NCBI GenBank assembly: GCA_963827685.1
Contig: CAWHBU010000003.1
Location: 672,001-736,000 of the forward strand
Direction of reading: 5' to 3'
Source of the DNA: an uncultured delta proteobacterium
GTDB taxonomy: Bacteria > Desulfobacterota > BSN033 > UBA1163
DNA length: 64,000 nucleotides
Numbering within the stretch: the stretch's first letter is position 1; the number at the start of each line of letters is the position of its first letter. A model generated the notes under the pieces. It was not told where the DNA came from, did no database searches, and worked only from the letters and a program-made list of their open reading frames with translations. Positions 40,007 to 50,409 of the stretch are shown here, piece by piece. Position numbers and translations under genes: made by a program.

Positions 40007-41695
40007 ATGAAAAAGACGGGCTCTCAAATCATTGTTGAATCTTTGAAGAAGGAAGGGGTGGATATCATTTTCAATTACCCAGGCGGGGCCGTTATTCCGC
40101 TTTTTGATGAACTTCAAAATGCTCCATTCCGACAGATCTTAGTCCGACATGAGCAGGCTGCGGTCCATGCGGCGGACGGGTATGCGCGGGCGACAGGAAA
40201 GGTGGGAGTGGTCATCGTCACCTCTGGGCCGGGGGCAACCAATACCGTCACTGGCATTGCCACCGCCTTTATGGACTCTGCCCCAATCGTTGTCTTGACC
40301 GGTCAGGTCCCTACCCTTCTCATTGGAAACGATGCCTTTCAGGAAGCCGATATTGTCGGCATCACCAGACCGTGTACCAAGCACAACTACCTTGTGAAGG
40401 ATATTAAAGATTTAGCTCGAACCTTAAAGGAAGCCTTTTATGTGGCACGAAGCGGAAGACCTGGACCAGTTCTTATTGATCTTCCCAAAGACGTCTTGGT
40501 CAACTCCACTGAATTCAAATATCCTGAAAAAGTCTTTATTCGTGGTTACCAGCCCACTTATGAAGGACATCTTGGCCAGATTCAGAGGGCTGTAAAACTT
40601 ATGTTGAAGTCTAAGAAGCCCGTTCTCTATGTCGGAGGCGGAATCATTTCTTCAAATGCCTCAAAGGAGCTTACCCTTTTCGCTGAAAAATTGGGTATCC
40701 CTGTCACGATGACCTTGATGGGATTGGGCGGCATCCCAGGCAATCATCCTCTCTCTTTGGGCATGTTGGGAATGCATGGAACCTATTGGGCCAATATGTC
40801 GATCATGGAGTCTGACCTCCTCATCGCCATCGGATCTCGTTTCGATGATCGGGTAACCGGAAAGATCGAGGCCTTTGCTCCCCAGGCCAAAATCATCCAT
40901 ATCGATATCGATCCTACCTCCATCAGCAAAAATGTGAGAGTGGATCTTCCCATTGTCGGGGACTGTAAACACATCCTCTCCAAGATTCTCTCCCTCCTCG
41001 GAGAGGAAGATATTGCTGCCTTCAAGGCGGGGATGGAGAAATGGCATCATCAAATCGACAAATTCAAGGCCATCCATAATATGAGTTATGAGCAGAAAGA
41101 AATCATCAAACCCCAATACGTCATCGAAAAGATTTTTGAACTGACCAAGGGCGATGCGATCATCTCCACCGAGGTGGGACAAAACCAGATGTGGACGGCT
41201 CAGTACTTCTCATTCCTCAAACCAAGGACATTGCTCACTTCGGGGGGGTTGGGAACAATGGGTTATGGATTGCCTGCAGCCATGGGTGCCCAGGCTGCTT
41301 TTCCAAATAAGCTGGTCATCGATATTTCAGGCGACGGGAGTTTCCAGATGAACTCTCAGGAACTGGCCACGGTCGTCCAATATCATCTACCGGTGAAAGT
41401 GGTGATCCTGAACAACGGTTACCTTGGAATGGTGAGACAGTGGCAGGAATTCTTCTATGGAAAACGATACGCCTCCGTTTCCCTGGAAGGTGTCTCTCCG
41501 GACTTTGTCAAATTGGCCGAAGCTTACGGAGCAGTGGGTTTGAGGGCGACCAAGCCGGAGGAGGTACTCCCCATATTGAAGAAGGCGTTCTCGATTCCCG
41601 GGCCCGTCATCATTGATTTTGAGATTGATCCAGAAGAAAATGTCTATCCCATGGTCCCGGCAGGAGAACCGCTCAACCAGATGAGGCTGGTGTAA
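40007..41695 (+). CDS. ilvB: Acetolactate synthase large subunit
   Basis: [20 protein letters not shown]...NN. Confidence 0.96.
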   Translation: MKKTGSQIIVESLKKEGVDIIFNYPGGAVIPLFDELQNAPFRQILVRHEQAAVHAADGYARATGKVGVVIVTSGPGATNTVTGIATAFMDSAPIVVLTGQVPTLLIGNDAFQEADIVGITRPCTKHNYLVKDIKDLARTLKEAFYVARSGRPGPVLIDLPKDVLVNSTEFKYPEKVFIRGYQPTYEGHLGQIQRAVKLMLKSKKPVLYVGGGIISSNASKELTLFAEKLGIPVTMTLMGLGGIPGNHPLSLGMLGMHGTYWANMSIMESDLLIAIGSRFDDRVTGKIEAFAPQAKIIHIDIDPTSISKNVRVDLPIVGDCKHILSKILSLLGEEDIAAFKAGMEKWHHQIDKFKAIHNMSYEQKEIIKPQYVIEKIFELTKGDAIISTEVGQNQMWTAQYFSFLKPRTLLTSGGLGTMGYGLPAAMGAQAAFPNKLVIDISGDGSFQMNSQELATVVQYHLPVKVVILNNGYLGMVRQWQEFFYGKRYASVSLEGVSPDFVKLAEAYGAVGLRATKPEEVLPILKKAFSIPGPVIIDFEIDPEENVYPMVPAGEPLNQMRLV

Positions 41696-41702
41696 GAGGA
41701 GG

Positions 41703-41823
41703 ATATCAAATTCCAAAATCCAAGCACCAATCTCCAAATAAATTCCAATCATCAATATCCGAAACTTTTGGTGATTGGGATTTGGATATTGTTTGGGTTT
41801 TGGAATTTTGGATTTGGAGCTTT
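41703..41823. repeat. 7-nt periodic imperfect palindrome between ilvB and ilvN
   Basis: AAATTCC/AAATCCA-type left arm; TTGGGAT/TTGGAAT-type right arm. Confidence 0.7.
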
Positions 41824-41831
41824 AGAAGCCT

Positions 41832-42332
41832 ATGCGTCACGTCATCACTCTTTTAGTCGAAAATGAATTTGGCGTCCTGACCCGAATTGCAGGACTCTTC
41901 AGCGGCAGGGGTTTCAACATCGAAAGCTTGTGCGTGGCTGAAACCCTCGATCCCACTGTGTCGACCATGACCATCGTTACCCGCGGGGATGACCAGATCC
42001 TTGAACAGGTGCTCAAACAACTGAATAAATTGATCTCAGTGATCAAGGTTGTCGATCTCATTGAAAAGGACTTTGTCGAACGGGAGATGGTATTGGTGAA
42101 GGTCTCAGCCACTCCTGAGACGCGAGAGGAAATCCTGAGAGTGGTCGATATCTTCAGAGGCAAGGTGATCGATGTGGGAGCCAAAACCTACACGATCGAG
42201 GTGACCGGGGATGAAAAAAAGATTAATGCCATCCTCGCCCTCTTCAAGCCTCTCGGCATTAAAGAACTGGTCAGGACAGGCCGTGTGGCCATGATCAGAG
42301 GGAGTAAAATCACAACGGAACCTGGTGGCTAG
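41832..42332 (+). CDS. ilvN: Acetolactate synthase small subunit
   Basis: [26 protein letters not shown]. Confidence 0.96.
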   Translation: MRHVITLLVENEFGVLTRIAGLFSGRGFNIESLCVAETLDPTVSTMTIVTRGDDQILEQVLKQLNKLISVIKVVDLIEKDFVEREMVLVKVSATPETREEILRVVDIFRGKVIDVGAKTYTIEVTGDEKKINAILALFKPLGIKELVRTGRVAMIRGSKITTEPGG

Positions 42333-42495
42333 ATCCCAGAAGATGAAGATTACCAAGAACTGTCCTCCCCCTTGACGGGGGAGGATTGAGGTGGGGGTGG
42401 ATTGAGATAGTGTTCTCCCCCTCACCCTCGCCCTCTCCCACGAGGGGAGAGGGAATAATCTGTCTTTTTTCTAAATAAGGGAAAGGAGTTCAGGG

Positions 42496-43494
42496 ATGAA
42501 AATCTATTATGACAAGGATGCAAATCTCAGTAGCCTGAAGGGAAAAAAGATTGCGATTATCGGCTATGGGAGCCAGGGGCATGCCCAGGCTCAAAATCTG
42601 CGAGATAGCGGTCTCAATGTGATCGTTGCCGAAATGAAGGGAACTGAGAATTATCAGTTTGCCCTCCAAGATGGCTTCAAGCCGATCAGCGCCTCGGAGG
42701 CATCGAAACAAGCCGATCTTATTCAAATCCTCACCCAGGATGATGTCCAGGCCAAACTCTATGAAATGGACGTTAAGCCCAATCTTCCAAAAGGGAAAAC
42801 CCTCTTGTTCTCTCATGGATTCAATATCCACTTTGGCCAGATTGTTCCTCCCAAAGAAATCGATGTGGTGATGATCGCCCCGAAAGGTCCCGGCCATTTG
42901 GTGCGAAGAGAATTTCAAAAGGGAGCGGGCGTCCCGTCATTAGTGGCTATTTATCAGGATTTCTCAAAGAAGGCCAGGCAGACGGCCCTGGCTTATGCCA
43001 AAGGCATCGGTGCCACTCGAGCCGGCGTGATTGAAACCACCTTTAAAGAGGAGACCGAAACAGACCTCTTTGGAGAGCAGGCGGTTCTCTGTGGAGGGGT
43101 GACCGAACTCATCAAGGCAGGCTTCGATACACTGGTGGAGGCCGGATATCAGCCGGAGATCGCCTATTTCGAGTGTCTCCACGAATTGAAACTCATCGTG
43201 GACCTGATTTATGAGGGAGGAATTCCCTTCATGCGTTACTCCGTCAGCGATACGGCCGAATACGGCGACCTGACACGAGGGAAGCGGATCATCACCTCGG
43301 AAACCCGTGAGGAGATGAAGCGGATGCTCAAGGAAGTACAGACGGGAAGTTTTGCAAAGGAATGGATTTTGGAAAATCAGGTAAGGCGCCCCATGTTCAA
43401 TGCCTTGAGGAAGAAGGAAGCTGAGCATCCGATCGAAGAGGTCGGGAAGAAATTGCGGTCCATGATGGGTTGGCTCCAAGAGAAGAAAAAGTGA
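42496..43494 (+). CDS. ilvC: Ketol-acid reductoisomerase
   Basis: [29 protein letters not shown]. Confidence 0.97.
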   Translation: MKIYYDKDANLSSLKGKKIAIIGYGSQGHAQAQNLRDSGLNVIVAEMKGTENYQFALQDGFKPISASEASKQADLIQILTQDDVQAKLYEMDVKPNLPKGKTLLFSHGFNIHFGQIVPPKEIDVVMIAPKGPGHLVRREFQKGAGVPSLVAIYQDFSKKARQTALAYAKGIGATRAGVIETTFKEETETDLFGEQAVLCGGVTELIKAGFDTLVEAGYQPEIAYFECLHELKLIVDLIYEGGIPFMRYSVSDTAEYGDLTRGKRIITSETREEMKRMLKEVQTGSFAKEWILENQVRRPMFNALRKKEAEHPIEEVGKKLRSMMGWLQEKKK

Positions 43495-44138
43495 TGGGAC
43501 AGAATCAATGGCACATTGCTAAAGAAGGGCTTCCCTTCTTTATCCCCATGGTTCTCTTAACGATTATTCTTGGGATCGTGGGGTGGAAGGTTTGGATGTT
43601 TCTGGGAATCCTTCTTTCTCTGTTCATCGCCTATTTTTTTAGGAACCCGAGGAGAGAGATCCCAAACCTTCAGAACATCGTTCTCTCTCCAGCCGATGGC
43701 AGGGTCGTTCATGTCGGGGAATGCGAGGAAGATCGTTTTTTAAAGGAAAAAGCTTTAAAGATAAGTATTTTTATGTCCCTGTTCGATGTTCACATCAATC
43801 GGGCACCTGTTTCTGGAAAGATTCTCGAAAGAAATTATCTCCCGGGCCGATTTTTGGTGGCCAGTGTGGAGAAGTCATCCCTCCTCAATGAGCAAAATGC
43901 AGTGATCCTGGAAACCGAGGATCGGTTTAAAATCCTCCTGATCCAGATTGCAGGTTTTGTGGCAAGAAGGATTGTCTGCTATGCCAAGGCAGGCGATCTC
44001 TTGAGGAAGGGAGAAATCTTTGGCTTGATCCGATTTGGATCGAGGGTCGATCTCTACCTCCCCCTTGAAGTGAAACCTATTGTCAGGGTGGGACAGCATG
44101 TAAAGGGAGGGGAATCGATCATTGGGTATCGAGTATGA
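43494..44138 (+). CDS. psd: Phosphatidylserine decarboxylase proenzyme
   Basis: FFRNP, SPADG, DVHINRAP, RFGSRVD. Confidence 0.95.
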   Translation: MGQNQWHIAKEGLPFFIPMVLLTIILGIVGWKVWMFLGILLSLFIAYFFRNPRREIPNLQNIVLSPADGRVVHVGECEEDRFLKEKALKISIFMSLFDVHINRAPVSGKILERNYLPGRFLVASVEKSSLLNEQNAVILETEDRFKILLIQIAGFVARRIVCYAKAGDLLRKGEIFGLIRFGSRVDLYLPLEVKPIVRVGQHVKGGESIIGYRV

Positions 44139-44914
44139 AAAAGAAAAGAACACCCACGAAAATGAGAAGGGGAATCTACATCCTTCCTAATCTTCTCACG
44201 ACCGGTAATCTCCTGTGCGGATTCTGGTCGATCATCTCTGTGTTTCAGGAACGATTTTACCTTGCCGCGGTGGCCATCCTACTGGCAGCGGTTTTCGATG
44301 TCTTCGATGGAAAGGTGGCCAAGCTTTCAGGAGCCACTTCCAAATTCGGAATGCAGTATGACTCGCTGGCCGACCTCGTCTCCTTTGGAATCGCTCCGGC
44401 TCTGCTCGCCTTCAGCTGGGCGCTCAGGCCTTATGGAAAATTTGGCTGGCTGGCTGCTTTCCTTTTCGTAGCCTGCGGGGCAATCAGGCTGGCCAGGTAC
44501 AATGTGATGGCATCCACCGGAGAGACAAAGTATTTTAAGGGACTTCCCATCCCTGTCGCCGCGGCGATGATTGCCTTCACCATCCTTCTCTACTTCCAGT
44601 TGATTGAGACGGGCTGGGTCAAAGATATTGTAATCCTGGTGATGATTTACATCCTGGCCTTCTTGATGGTATCGAACATCCGGTACTTCAGCTTTAAAGA
44701 ACTCAATTTGGCCAAACGAAAACCGTTCAGCATTTTTATTTTTGTTGTCCTTTCGCTGGTTGTGATCGTCATGGAACCTGTTGTTGTCCTCTCTGGTTTC
44801 ATTCTCCTCTACGTCTTCTCTGGTCCAGCGAATATGGTGTTAGCATGGCACAAGAAGAAGGTTTTTAGAAAGATGGAGCCGATTCCAGAAGAGGATCGGG
44901 TGCTCCGTGGATGA
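44135..44914 (+). CDS. pssA: CDP-diacylglycerol--serine O-phosphatidyltransferase
   Basis: LPNLLT, DGKVAK..DSLADLVSFG, RLARYN, FKGLPIP. Confidence 0.95.
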   Translation: MKKKRTPTKMRRGIYILPNLLTTGNLLCGFWSIISVFQERFYLAAVAILLAAVFDVFDGKVAKLSGATSKFGMQYDSLADLVSFGIAPALLAFSWALRPYGKFGWLAAFLFVACGAIRLARYNVMASTGETKYFKGLPIPVAAAMIAFTILLYFQLIETGWVKDIVILVMIYILAFLMVSNIRYFSFKELNLAKRKPFSIFIFVVLSLVVIVMEPVVVLSGFILLYVFSGPANMVLAWHKKKVFRKMEPIPEEDRVLRG

Positions 44915-45121
44915 TTTTGTTTGCCATCTTTCATATTTTTATGTAAATTAATCTTCTAAAGATACCTCGGTAGCTTTTACCCGCCGGAGGGAGGCAATCG
45001 GCAGCAGCGCCAGGCAGGAATCATCAATAATCAAATAGCTTTAATACTGGGTTCATGTTTCGGTCATTGAAATTTGGTTATTGGGGATTATTGGGATTTG
45101 GTTATTGGAATTTTTACATAT

Positions 45122-45197
45122 TCCTCGGTAGCTCAATCGGCAGAGCGGGTGGCTGTTAACCACTAGGTTGCAGGTTCGAGTCCTGCCCGGGGAGCCA
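45122..45197 (+). tRNA. tRNA-Asn (GTT)
   Basis: TCCTCGG/CCGGGGA acceptor stem, anticodon loop CTGTTAA, GGTTCGAGTCC T-arm, encoded CCA. Confidence 0.97.
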
Positions 45198-45244
45198 GCA
45201 AACAATGAGGCCCGTACAAAAGTATGGGCCTTTTTTGTTTGCTG
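45196..45244 (+). terminator. Terminator hairpin after tRNA-Asn
   Basis: AGGCCCGTAC-AAAA-GTATGGGCCT-TTTTT, extended by CAGCAAACAA / TTGTTTGCTG. Confidence 0.75.
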
Positions 45245-45377
45245 ATTTTCCCTTTTGGAGGACTCGAAGCGAGGATTCCGCCGACCGATCAGGGAGGAAA
45301 AGCCCCACAAAGTGCTGCGACAGGAATCCGAAGGGGAGGTGACGCAGGGAGAAACAGGTTGTTTCGACCGTAGTGAC

Positions 45378-45398
45378 CGAGTCCTACCCGGGGAGGCA
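45378..45398 (+). repeat. Degenerate copy of the tRNA-Asn 3' end (att-like)
   Basis: CGAGTCCTACCCGGGGAGGCA, two mismatches to the tRNA. Confidence 0.75.
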
Positions 45399-45538
45399 TT
45401 TCGAGAGCAAAAAGTAGCTTTGGTTTCTATTGTGTTATTGCAAGACCTGATCTTTTTGTTCTTTTTTCACAAATGTAGAGGCATTTGCCAATGGGCCAGA
45501 AAAAATCTTGACATACTAATCGTCATTTGTCATGATAT

Positions 45539-46717
45539 ATGACGACTATGGCGGCAAACGAAAAAACACCAAATGGCCCGGTCTACGTCGAGCGAGTTCT
45601 GAATCTCCCTTTTCTTCTTCAGAAAAAATCTCATTTCCTTTTCGGCCCACGGCAGACGGGGAAAACCTCTCTCATTCGTCATTCCCTGAAAGGAGTGAGG
45701 TCATATGATCTCCTCGACAACTCCGTATATCTGTCTTTAAGCCAGGATCCGGGCCGCATTGCCCAGGAAATCAACCCACGAGACAAAATCGTTGTCGTAG
45801 ATGAAATCCAGCGTTTGCCGGTCCTCCTCAACGAAGTCCACCGGCTGATAGAGGAACGTGGCATTCGTTTTCTTCTTACTGGATCCAGCGCACGGAAACT
45901 TCGGCGAGGTGGAGTAAACCTCTTAGGTGGACGGGCACGAACAAAATACATGCACCCCCTCACCTATCGGGAGCTTGGAAACCAATTTAATCTGTTCAAA
46001 GCCATCGAGCGAGGGCTTCTCCCTTCGATCTATCTCTCGGATGATCCCCATGCAGACCTTGAAGCCTATACGGGCTCCTATCTGCAGCAAGAGATCGTTG
46101 CCGAAGGGGTCACCCGTAATGTACCTGCTTTCAGCCGTTTTCTGAAAGTGGCTGCTCTGTGCAACGGCACGGTCGTGAATTTTACAAACGTCTCGAATGA
46201 TGCTCAAGTGCCCCGTACTACGGTTTACGAATATTTTGAAATCCTGAAGGATACGTTGCTCCTCTATGAACTCCCCTCATGGCGCAAATCAAAAAAGAGA
46301 AAGCCTTTGACCTCTTCCAAATACTATTTTTTTGATGTGGGGGTGGTGGCCACGCTTCAAGGTCGGCAGTTTCGGCCGGGCACTCCAGAATTCGGCGAGG
46401 CATTTGAGACGTATCTCATGCATGAACTGGTAAGCTACCGTGACTACATTTCCGGAGAGTCGCTGAGCTACTGGCGCTCCACTTCAGGATTTGAGGTTGA
46501 TTTCATTCTGGGTGATCATACGGCGGTAGAGGTGAAGGCAAAAGAAAATGTCTCGGCCAATGATTTGAAATCCCTTCGGGCCTTCGCTGAAGAAAAGAAG
46601 CTGAAACGTTATCTCTGCGTGAGCCTTGGACCACGCAGACGAAATCTGGAGAATGTGACCATCCTACCCTTTCGAGAATTCTTGGAAGCCCTCTGGAGTC
46701 GCGAATATTCGTCGTAG
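45539..46717 (+). CDS. AAA_14 + DUF4143 family ATPase
   Basis: GPRQTGKT, VDEIQR, LTGSSARKL, KYYFFDVG, EVDF...EVK tail. Confidence 0.9.
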   Translation: MTTMAANEKTPNGPVYVERVLNLPFLLQKKSHFLFGPRQTGKTSLIRHSLKGVRSYDLLDNSVYLSLSQDPGRIAQEINPRDKIVVVDEIQRLPVLLNEVHRLIEERGIRFLLTGSSARKLRRGGVNLLGGRARTKYMHPLTYRELGNQFNLFKAIERGLLPSIYLSDDPHADLEAYTGSYLQQEIVAEGVTRNVPAFSRFLKVAALCNGTVVNFTNVSNDAQVPRTTVYEYFEILKDTLLLYELPSWRKSKKRKPLTSSKYYFFDVGVVATLQGRQFRPGTPEFGEAFETYLMHELVSYRDYISGESLSYWRSTSGFEVDFILGDHTAVEVKAKENVSANDLKSLRAFAEEKKLKRYLCVSLGPRRRNLENVTILPFREFLEALWSREYSS

Positions 46718-46825
46718 TATCATGGGAGAACTCACTGATTGACGGGTGGCAGGAAATCCGCTCAAACCTCATCAAACAAGAAATCGAAAGAAGTCCCCCT
46801 CGAATTTACAAGTTCCCTTGTCGAG

Positions 46826-46845
46826 GAGTCCTGCCCGGGGAGCCA
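46826..46845 (+). repeat. Exact 20-nt copy of the tRNA-Asn 3' end (att-like)
   Basis: GAGTCCTGCCCGGGGAGCCA is identical to 45178-45197. Confidence 0.85.
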
Positions 46846-47232
46846 TTTCGACGCGAAAGGGCAGTATCACTCCATTGATACTGTCCCTTTCTTGCTCAAG
46901 GCCTCCGACCGAGCACAAAGGATGGCGTCGAAATGGCCCTGAGCTTGCCTTGAGCTCGCCCCGAGCGTACTGAAGGGCGTGTCGAAGGGCTATTTCTGGA
47001 GGAAAGAGTAGCTTTGGTGTCCATTGTATTATTGCAAGACCTGACTCTTTTGTTCCAGAATAGAGAATTAAATAGCATAGTTGCCTTTTTGGAGTGATCC
47101 TATCCTTAAAATCCCAGATGAATAATTCTATACGAAGTTCGGAATATCCGATAGAAAATCAAATCGGCCATTTCTACATTAGTTAGTGGGCAGGGTTTGG
47201 TAACGTTCGTGATAAAAAATGGATCAATTTGA

Positions 47233-47592
47233 TTAGGCTTTTTGTGATGGACGCATAAATCCGACGAATATGAAATTGATTATTAATGTAACAATTGTCG
47301 CAAAGAAAGCCAATGAAATAGAAAAAGCTCCTTCCTTATGTTCCAAGCCAAAAATCATTGCAAGACAACTCTTTACTTCAGTTACAAGTAGAAATATTGT
47401 AGACATTACGGCCACTACAAGAACTATTGCCAAAGAAAGCCATCCGGGTTTTGAAGTGAATTCCGCCTTGCCACCCTTCTCTAATAACTTAAAAAGGCTG
47501 TAGGCTTTCTTATTGGCGATATATGCAATGACACTAAGAAGTAAGAGAAAACACAATATCATTATTACTGATTTTACAAGTTCCGAAGTCAC
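47233..47592 (-). CDS. Hypothetical membrane protein (about 3 TM)
   Basis: Hydrophobic segments; overlaps the upstream stop; AT-rich. Confidence 0.65.
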   Translation of the reverse strand: MTSELVKSVIMILCFLLLLSVIAYIANKKAYSLFKLLEKGGKAEFTSKPGWLSLAIVLVVAVMSTIFLLVTEVKSCLAMIFGLEHKEGAFSISLAFFATIVTLIINFIFVGFMRPSQKA

Positions 47593-48068
47593 TTTTCTAT
47601 CTGCTTTCTTTGCTCAATTTTTACCATTGTATAGAAGCCAAGAGATGCAACCAAGAACAATATTGCCAAAAACGGGTTTATAATATGAACCTTTAGTAAA
47701 AATGAAATCAAAAGAGAAAAAATAGTTATAGAAACCCCAATAAGAGAGATAATTTCGATATTCGTCACGGCATTATATTTGATACAATCAATAATATTCA
47801 TGTTTTCTTCCTTAATGAACTTAATTATTTCAGACCGAGCTTTGCCCAACTCTTCAGTCATATGTTGACGGGTTTTGTGTGCTTCTTCTGTTGTTACAGT
47901 AACAACCGATTGTTGCAATAAATATAAATAACTATATATTTTCTCCTGTTCGGCCTTGCCCAACTTACGAATCAATTCTTCATACTTCTTATCTTCTATA
48001 GACTCCTCGGGTTTTTCGGGATAAATTTCAGATGAAGGACGATTGCTAATAAAAAGTTTTACAACCAC
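47589..48068 (-). CDS. Hypothetical protein with two C-terminal TM helices
   Basis: Helical N-terminus plus hydrophobic hairpin; AT-rich. Confidence 0.65.
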   Translation of the reverse strand: MVVKLFISNRPSSEIYPEKPEESIEDKKYEELIRKLGKAEQEKIYSYLYLLQQSVVTVTTEEAHKTRQHMTEELGKARSEIIKFIKEENMNIIDCIKYNAVTNIEIISLIGVSITIFSLLISFLLKVHIINPFLAILFLVASLGFYTMVKIEQRKQIEK

Positions 48069-48070
48069 TG

Positions 48071-48745
48071 TTACTCCTTTTTAAGAGTGGATTTGAAAAT
48101 ATCAAGTTGTTTCTTTGCCAACCGAAGCACGTTAATAAATCTATCGAAATCTGACTCGGTTATGACGAAATAATTGTATCTCCTACCTCCAGGCCCGTCT
48201 GTTGTTACTTCTAATGCAATTCCCGGGAAAAGGCTTGACACTCTTGTTGAATATGACTCTGGATTATCCTTTGCAGTAAATTCCTTCTCAAAAGATGGCA
48301 AAAGAAGACACCGAGTAACACATCTCCTATAAACACGTAGAACAGAGTTGTATAAATCAGCGGCTGTGTCAGCGTAAATTGCTTTTGATTTCTCTGAAAG
48401 TTTTTCATATCCAGTTTTTAGTTTATCAATAGCTTTGTCAGAAATGATGTCTAGGGTAACTAAATCGTCAATGAAATTTTCTAAACTATCATTATATTGA
48501 GATAGAAGCGAAGCAGTATATTCCAGAGTCCCAAATAAAGAATAAATCTTTTCCATGGGAAGATTCGCCTTTTGTGAAATTTCAAAGCGAACTTGTTCCT
48601 CTATTAATATATCTTTAGGGTCTCTTAATTTGGATAAATATTCCGCAATATTATCAATTTGCTCAAAAGTTATAGATTGGTAAACTTTAAGGTCTTCCTT
48701 GAATTTTTCCGGCAGAGTGGTTACTGCTATCGCTTTTGTCTTCAT
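48071..48745 (-). CDS. Hypothetical protein (possible COMM-like fold)
   Basis: ATG 48745 after GGGGA; first gene of an AT-rich three-gene operon. Confidence 0.7.
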   Translation of the reverse strand: MKTKAIAVTTLPEKFKEDLKVYQSITFEQIDNIAEYLSKLRDPKDILIEEQVRFEISQKANLPMEKIYSLFGTLEYTASLLSQYNDSLENFIDDLVTLDIISDKAIDKLKTGYEKLSEKSKAIYADTAADLYNSVLRVYRRCVTRCLLLPSFEKEFTAKDNPESYSTRVSSLFPGIALEVTTDGPGGRRYNYFVITESDFDRFINVLRLAKKQLDIFKSTLKKE

Positions 48746-49125
48746 GTGATTCCCCAAATTATAGGTGTGAATTAATTAGAATCGGTGAGTTATATTTATA
48801 CAAAATATAAATTATTCTCTCTAAATTGTAAACATAATTTCTGAATTTGTCAAAAGTCTTAATTCTTAGACCATTTGTGAATTACAACTTTCTTACTTTG
48901 TTTATTCTCTGTTCCTAAGAGTAATGGATGACGGAAATCAAATTTACGAAAATTGTAATAAACTGGAATAGAAAAGTCAATAAATATTTGAAGCTTTTGG
49001 CCGTCAATCCGTTTTTAGTGGTACCGTGGTGTTCTTTATTCAAAAGCCTGTAGGGAAAGAAAATGAAGGAATCATTGGATCAGGGGTCGATTCTTCAATC
49101 GTCACATTTTCCAAGAAGCCCTTTG

Positions 49126-49206
49126 AATAAATTCTGAGCATTTCGATCATCGCTCAGCCGATCCCTCAATCTCCTTCACTCCTGGCTCACCGATCTATCA
49201 CCCACT
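49126..49206 (+). repeat. 81-bp direct repeat, copy 1
   Basis: Matches 50285-50365; first ~52 bp identical. Confidence 0.9.
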
Positions 49207-49530
49207 CGGAAAAGCTCTCCTATCTCCGGCCTCTTAATCTTTACTTTACTAGTAAAAGAAAAACTCCTTGACAAACCTTTGGCAGAAAGTTAAACAACCA
49301 AAGAATGCGTTTCTGCTCATCCATTCATGAGGAGGAATTGGATGAAAGAGGGTCATCTTCCGCCGATTTGCTCGAAGAGGATTCGAATCTTATGCCAAAT
49401 GGGATTGATGGGATTGATTGTAGTATCTCTCATCCCCTTGGTGGTCAAGGACGTTTTTGCAGATGTTCCGACCAGCGGGGGGTCTAGTAGGCCTCAGATC
49501 TTATTCGTAAAAAATATGCAAGGAAACGAA

Positions 49531-50289
49531 ATGATCGAAAATACAAACCTTTACGAGACAATATTCAAGCGGAAATCGGTCAGAGAATACGATCTGACTC
49601 CGCTTGATGGGCATACGCTCGCGGAGATTATGGCACATATGAGCGCTTTAAAGCCCATGTATGATGATATCAAAATCGAAATGAAACTTGTGTCGCAAAA
49701 GGATGTTAAGGGTTTTTTGTTGGCAAAAGCACCCCATTATCTTGCAGTATTTTCAGAAACTAAAGATGGATATTTAACGAATGTTGGTTTTATGCTGCAG
49801 CAGATGGACTTGTTCCTTTCGGCTAACGGTATCGGCAGCTGTTGGCAAGGAATGCCGAAACCGACAAAAGAAATATTGAACAGCTCAAAGCTTGAGTTTG
49901 TCATTTTATTAGCTTTTGGTAAGCCAAAAGAAAGATTGCATAGAGAAAGCGTTTCGGAATTCCAGAGAAAACCACTTGGGGAAATAACTAACATTAATGG
50001 CGCAGATGAGCTATTGGAACCTGCTCGCCTTGCCCCGTCTGCAATGAATCGTCAGCAGTGGTTTTTCACGGGCAACGCCAGCACCATTCATGCCTATCGC
50101 GCTAAATCAAGCTTTCTAACAGCCTTTATGTTTGAAAAGGTGAGCAAGGTTAGCATGGGTATTGCCATTTGCCACTTGTGGATAGCTGCAAAACACTTTG
50201 GTAAAGAAGTCGAATTCATATGTGATAAAGAGGCACAAAATAATCCGCCAGCCGGGCATTATTATGTTATCACTATAAAAATAAAATAA
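49531..50289 (+). CDS. Nitroreductase family protein
   Basis: IFKRKSVREY, GIGSCWQG, ARLAPSAMNRQQW; probable start ATG 49531. Confidence 0.88.
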   Translation: MIENTNLYETIFKRKSVREYDLTPLDGHTLAEIMAHMSALKPMYDDIKIEMKLVSQKDVKGFLLAKAPHYLAVFSETKDGYLTNVGFMLQQMDLFLSANGIGSCWQGMPKPTKEILNSSKLEFVILLAFGKPKERLHRESVSEFQRKPLGEITNINGADELLEPARLAPSAMNRQQWFFTGNASTIHAYRAKSSFLTAFMFEKVSKVSMGIAICHLWIAAKHFGKEVEFICDKEAQNNPPAGHYYVITIKIK

Positions 50290-50365
50290 ATTCTGAGCAT
50301 TTCGATCATCGCTCAGCCGATCCCTCAATCTCCTTCGCTACTGGCTCATTGATCTGTCACCCACT
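50285..50365 (+). repeat. 81-bp direct repeat, copy 2
   Basis: Overlaps the nitroreductase stop codon. Confidence 0.9.
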
Positions 50366-50409
50366 TTCAGCATGTTCTTATATGGCTTATCAACGATGAA
50401 GAACTAACC

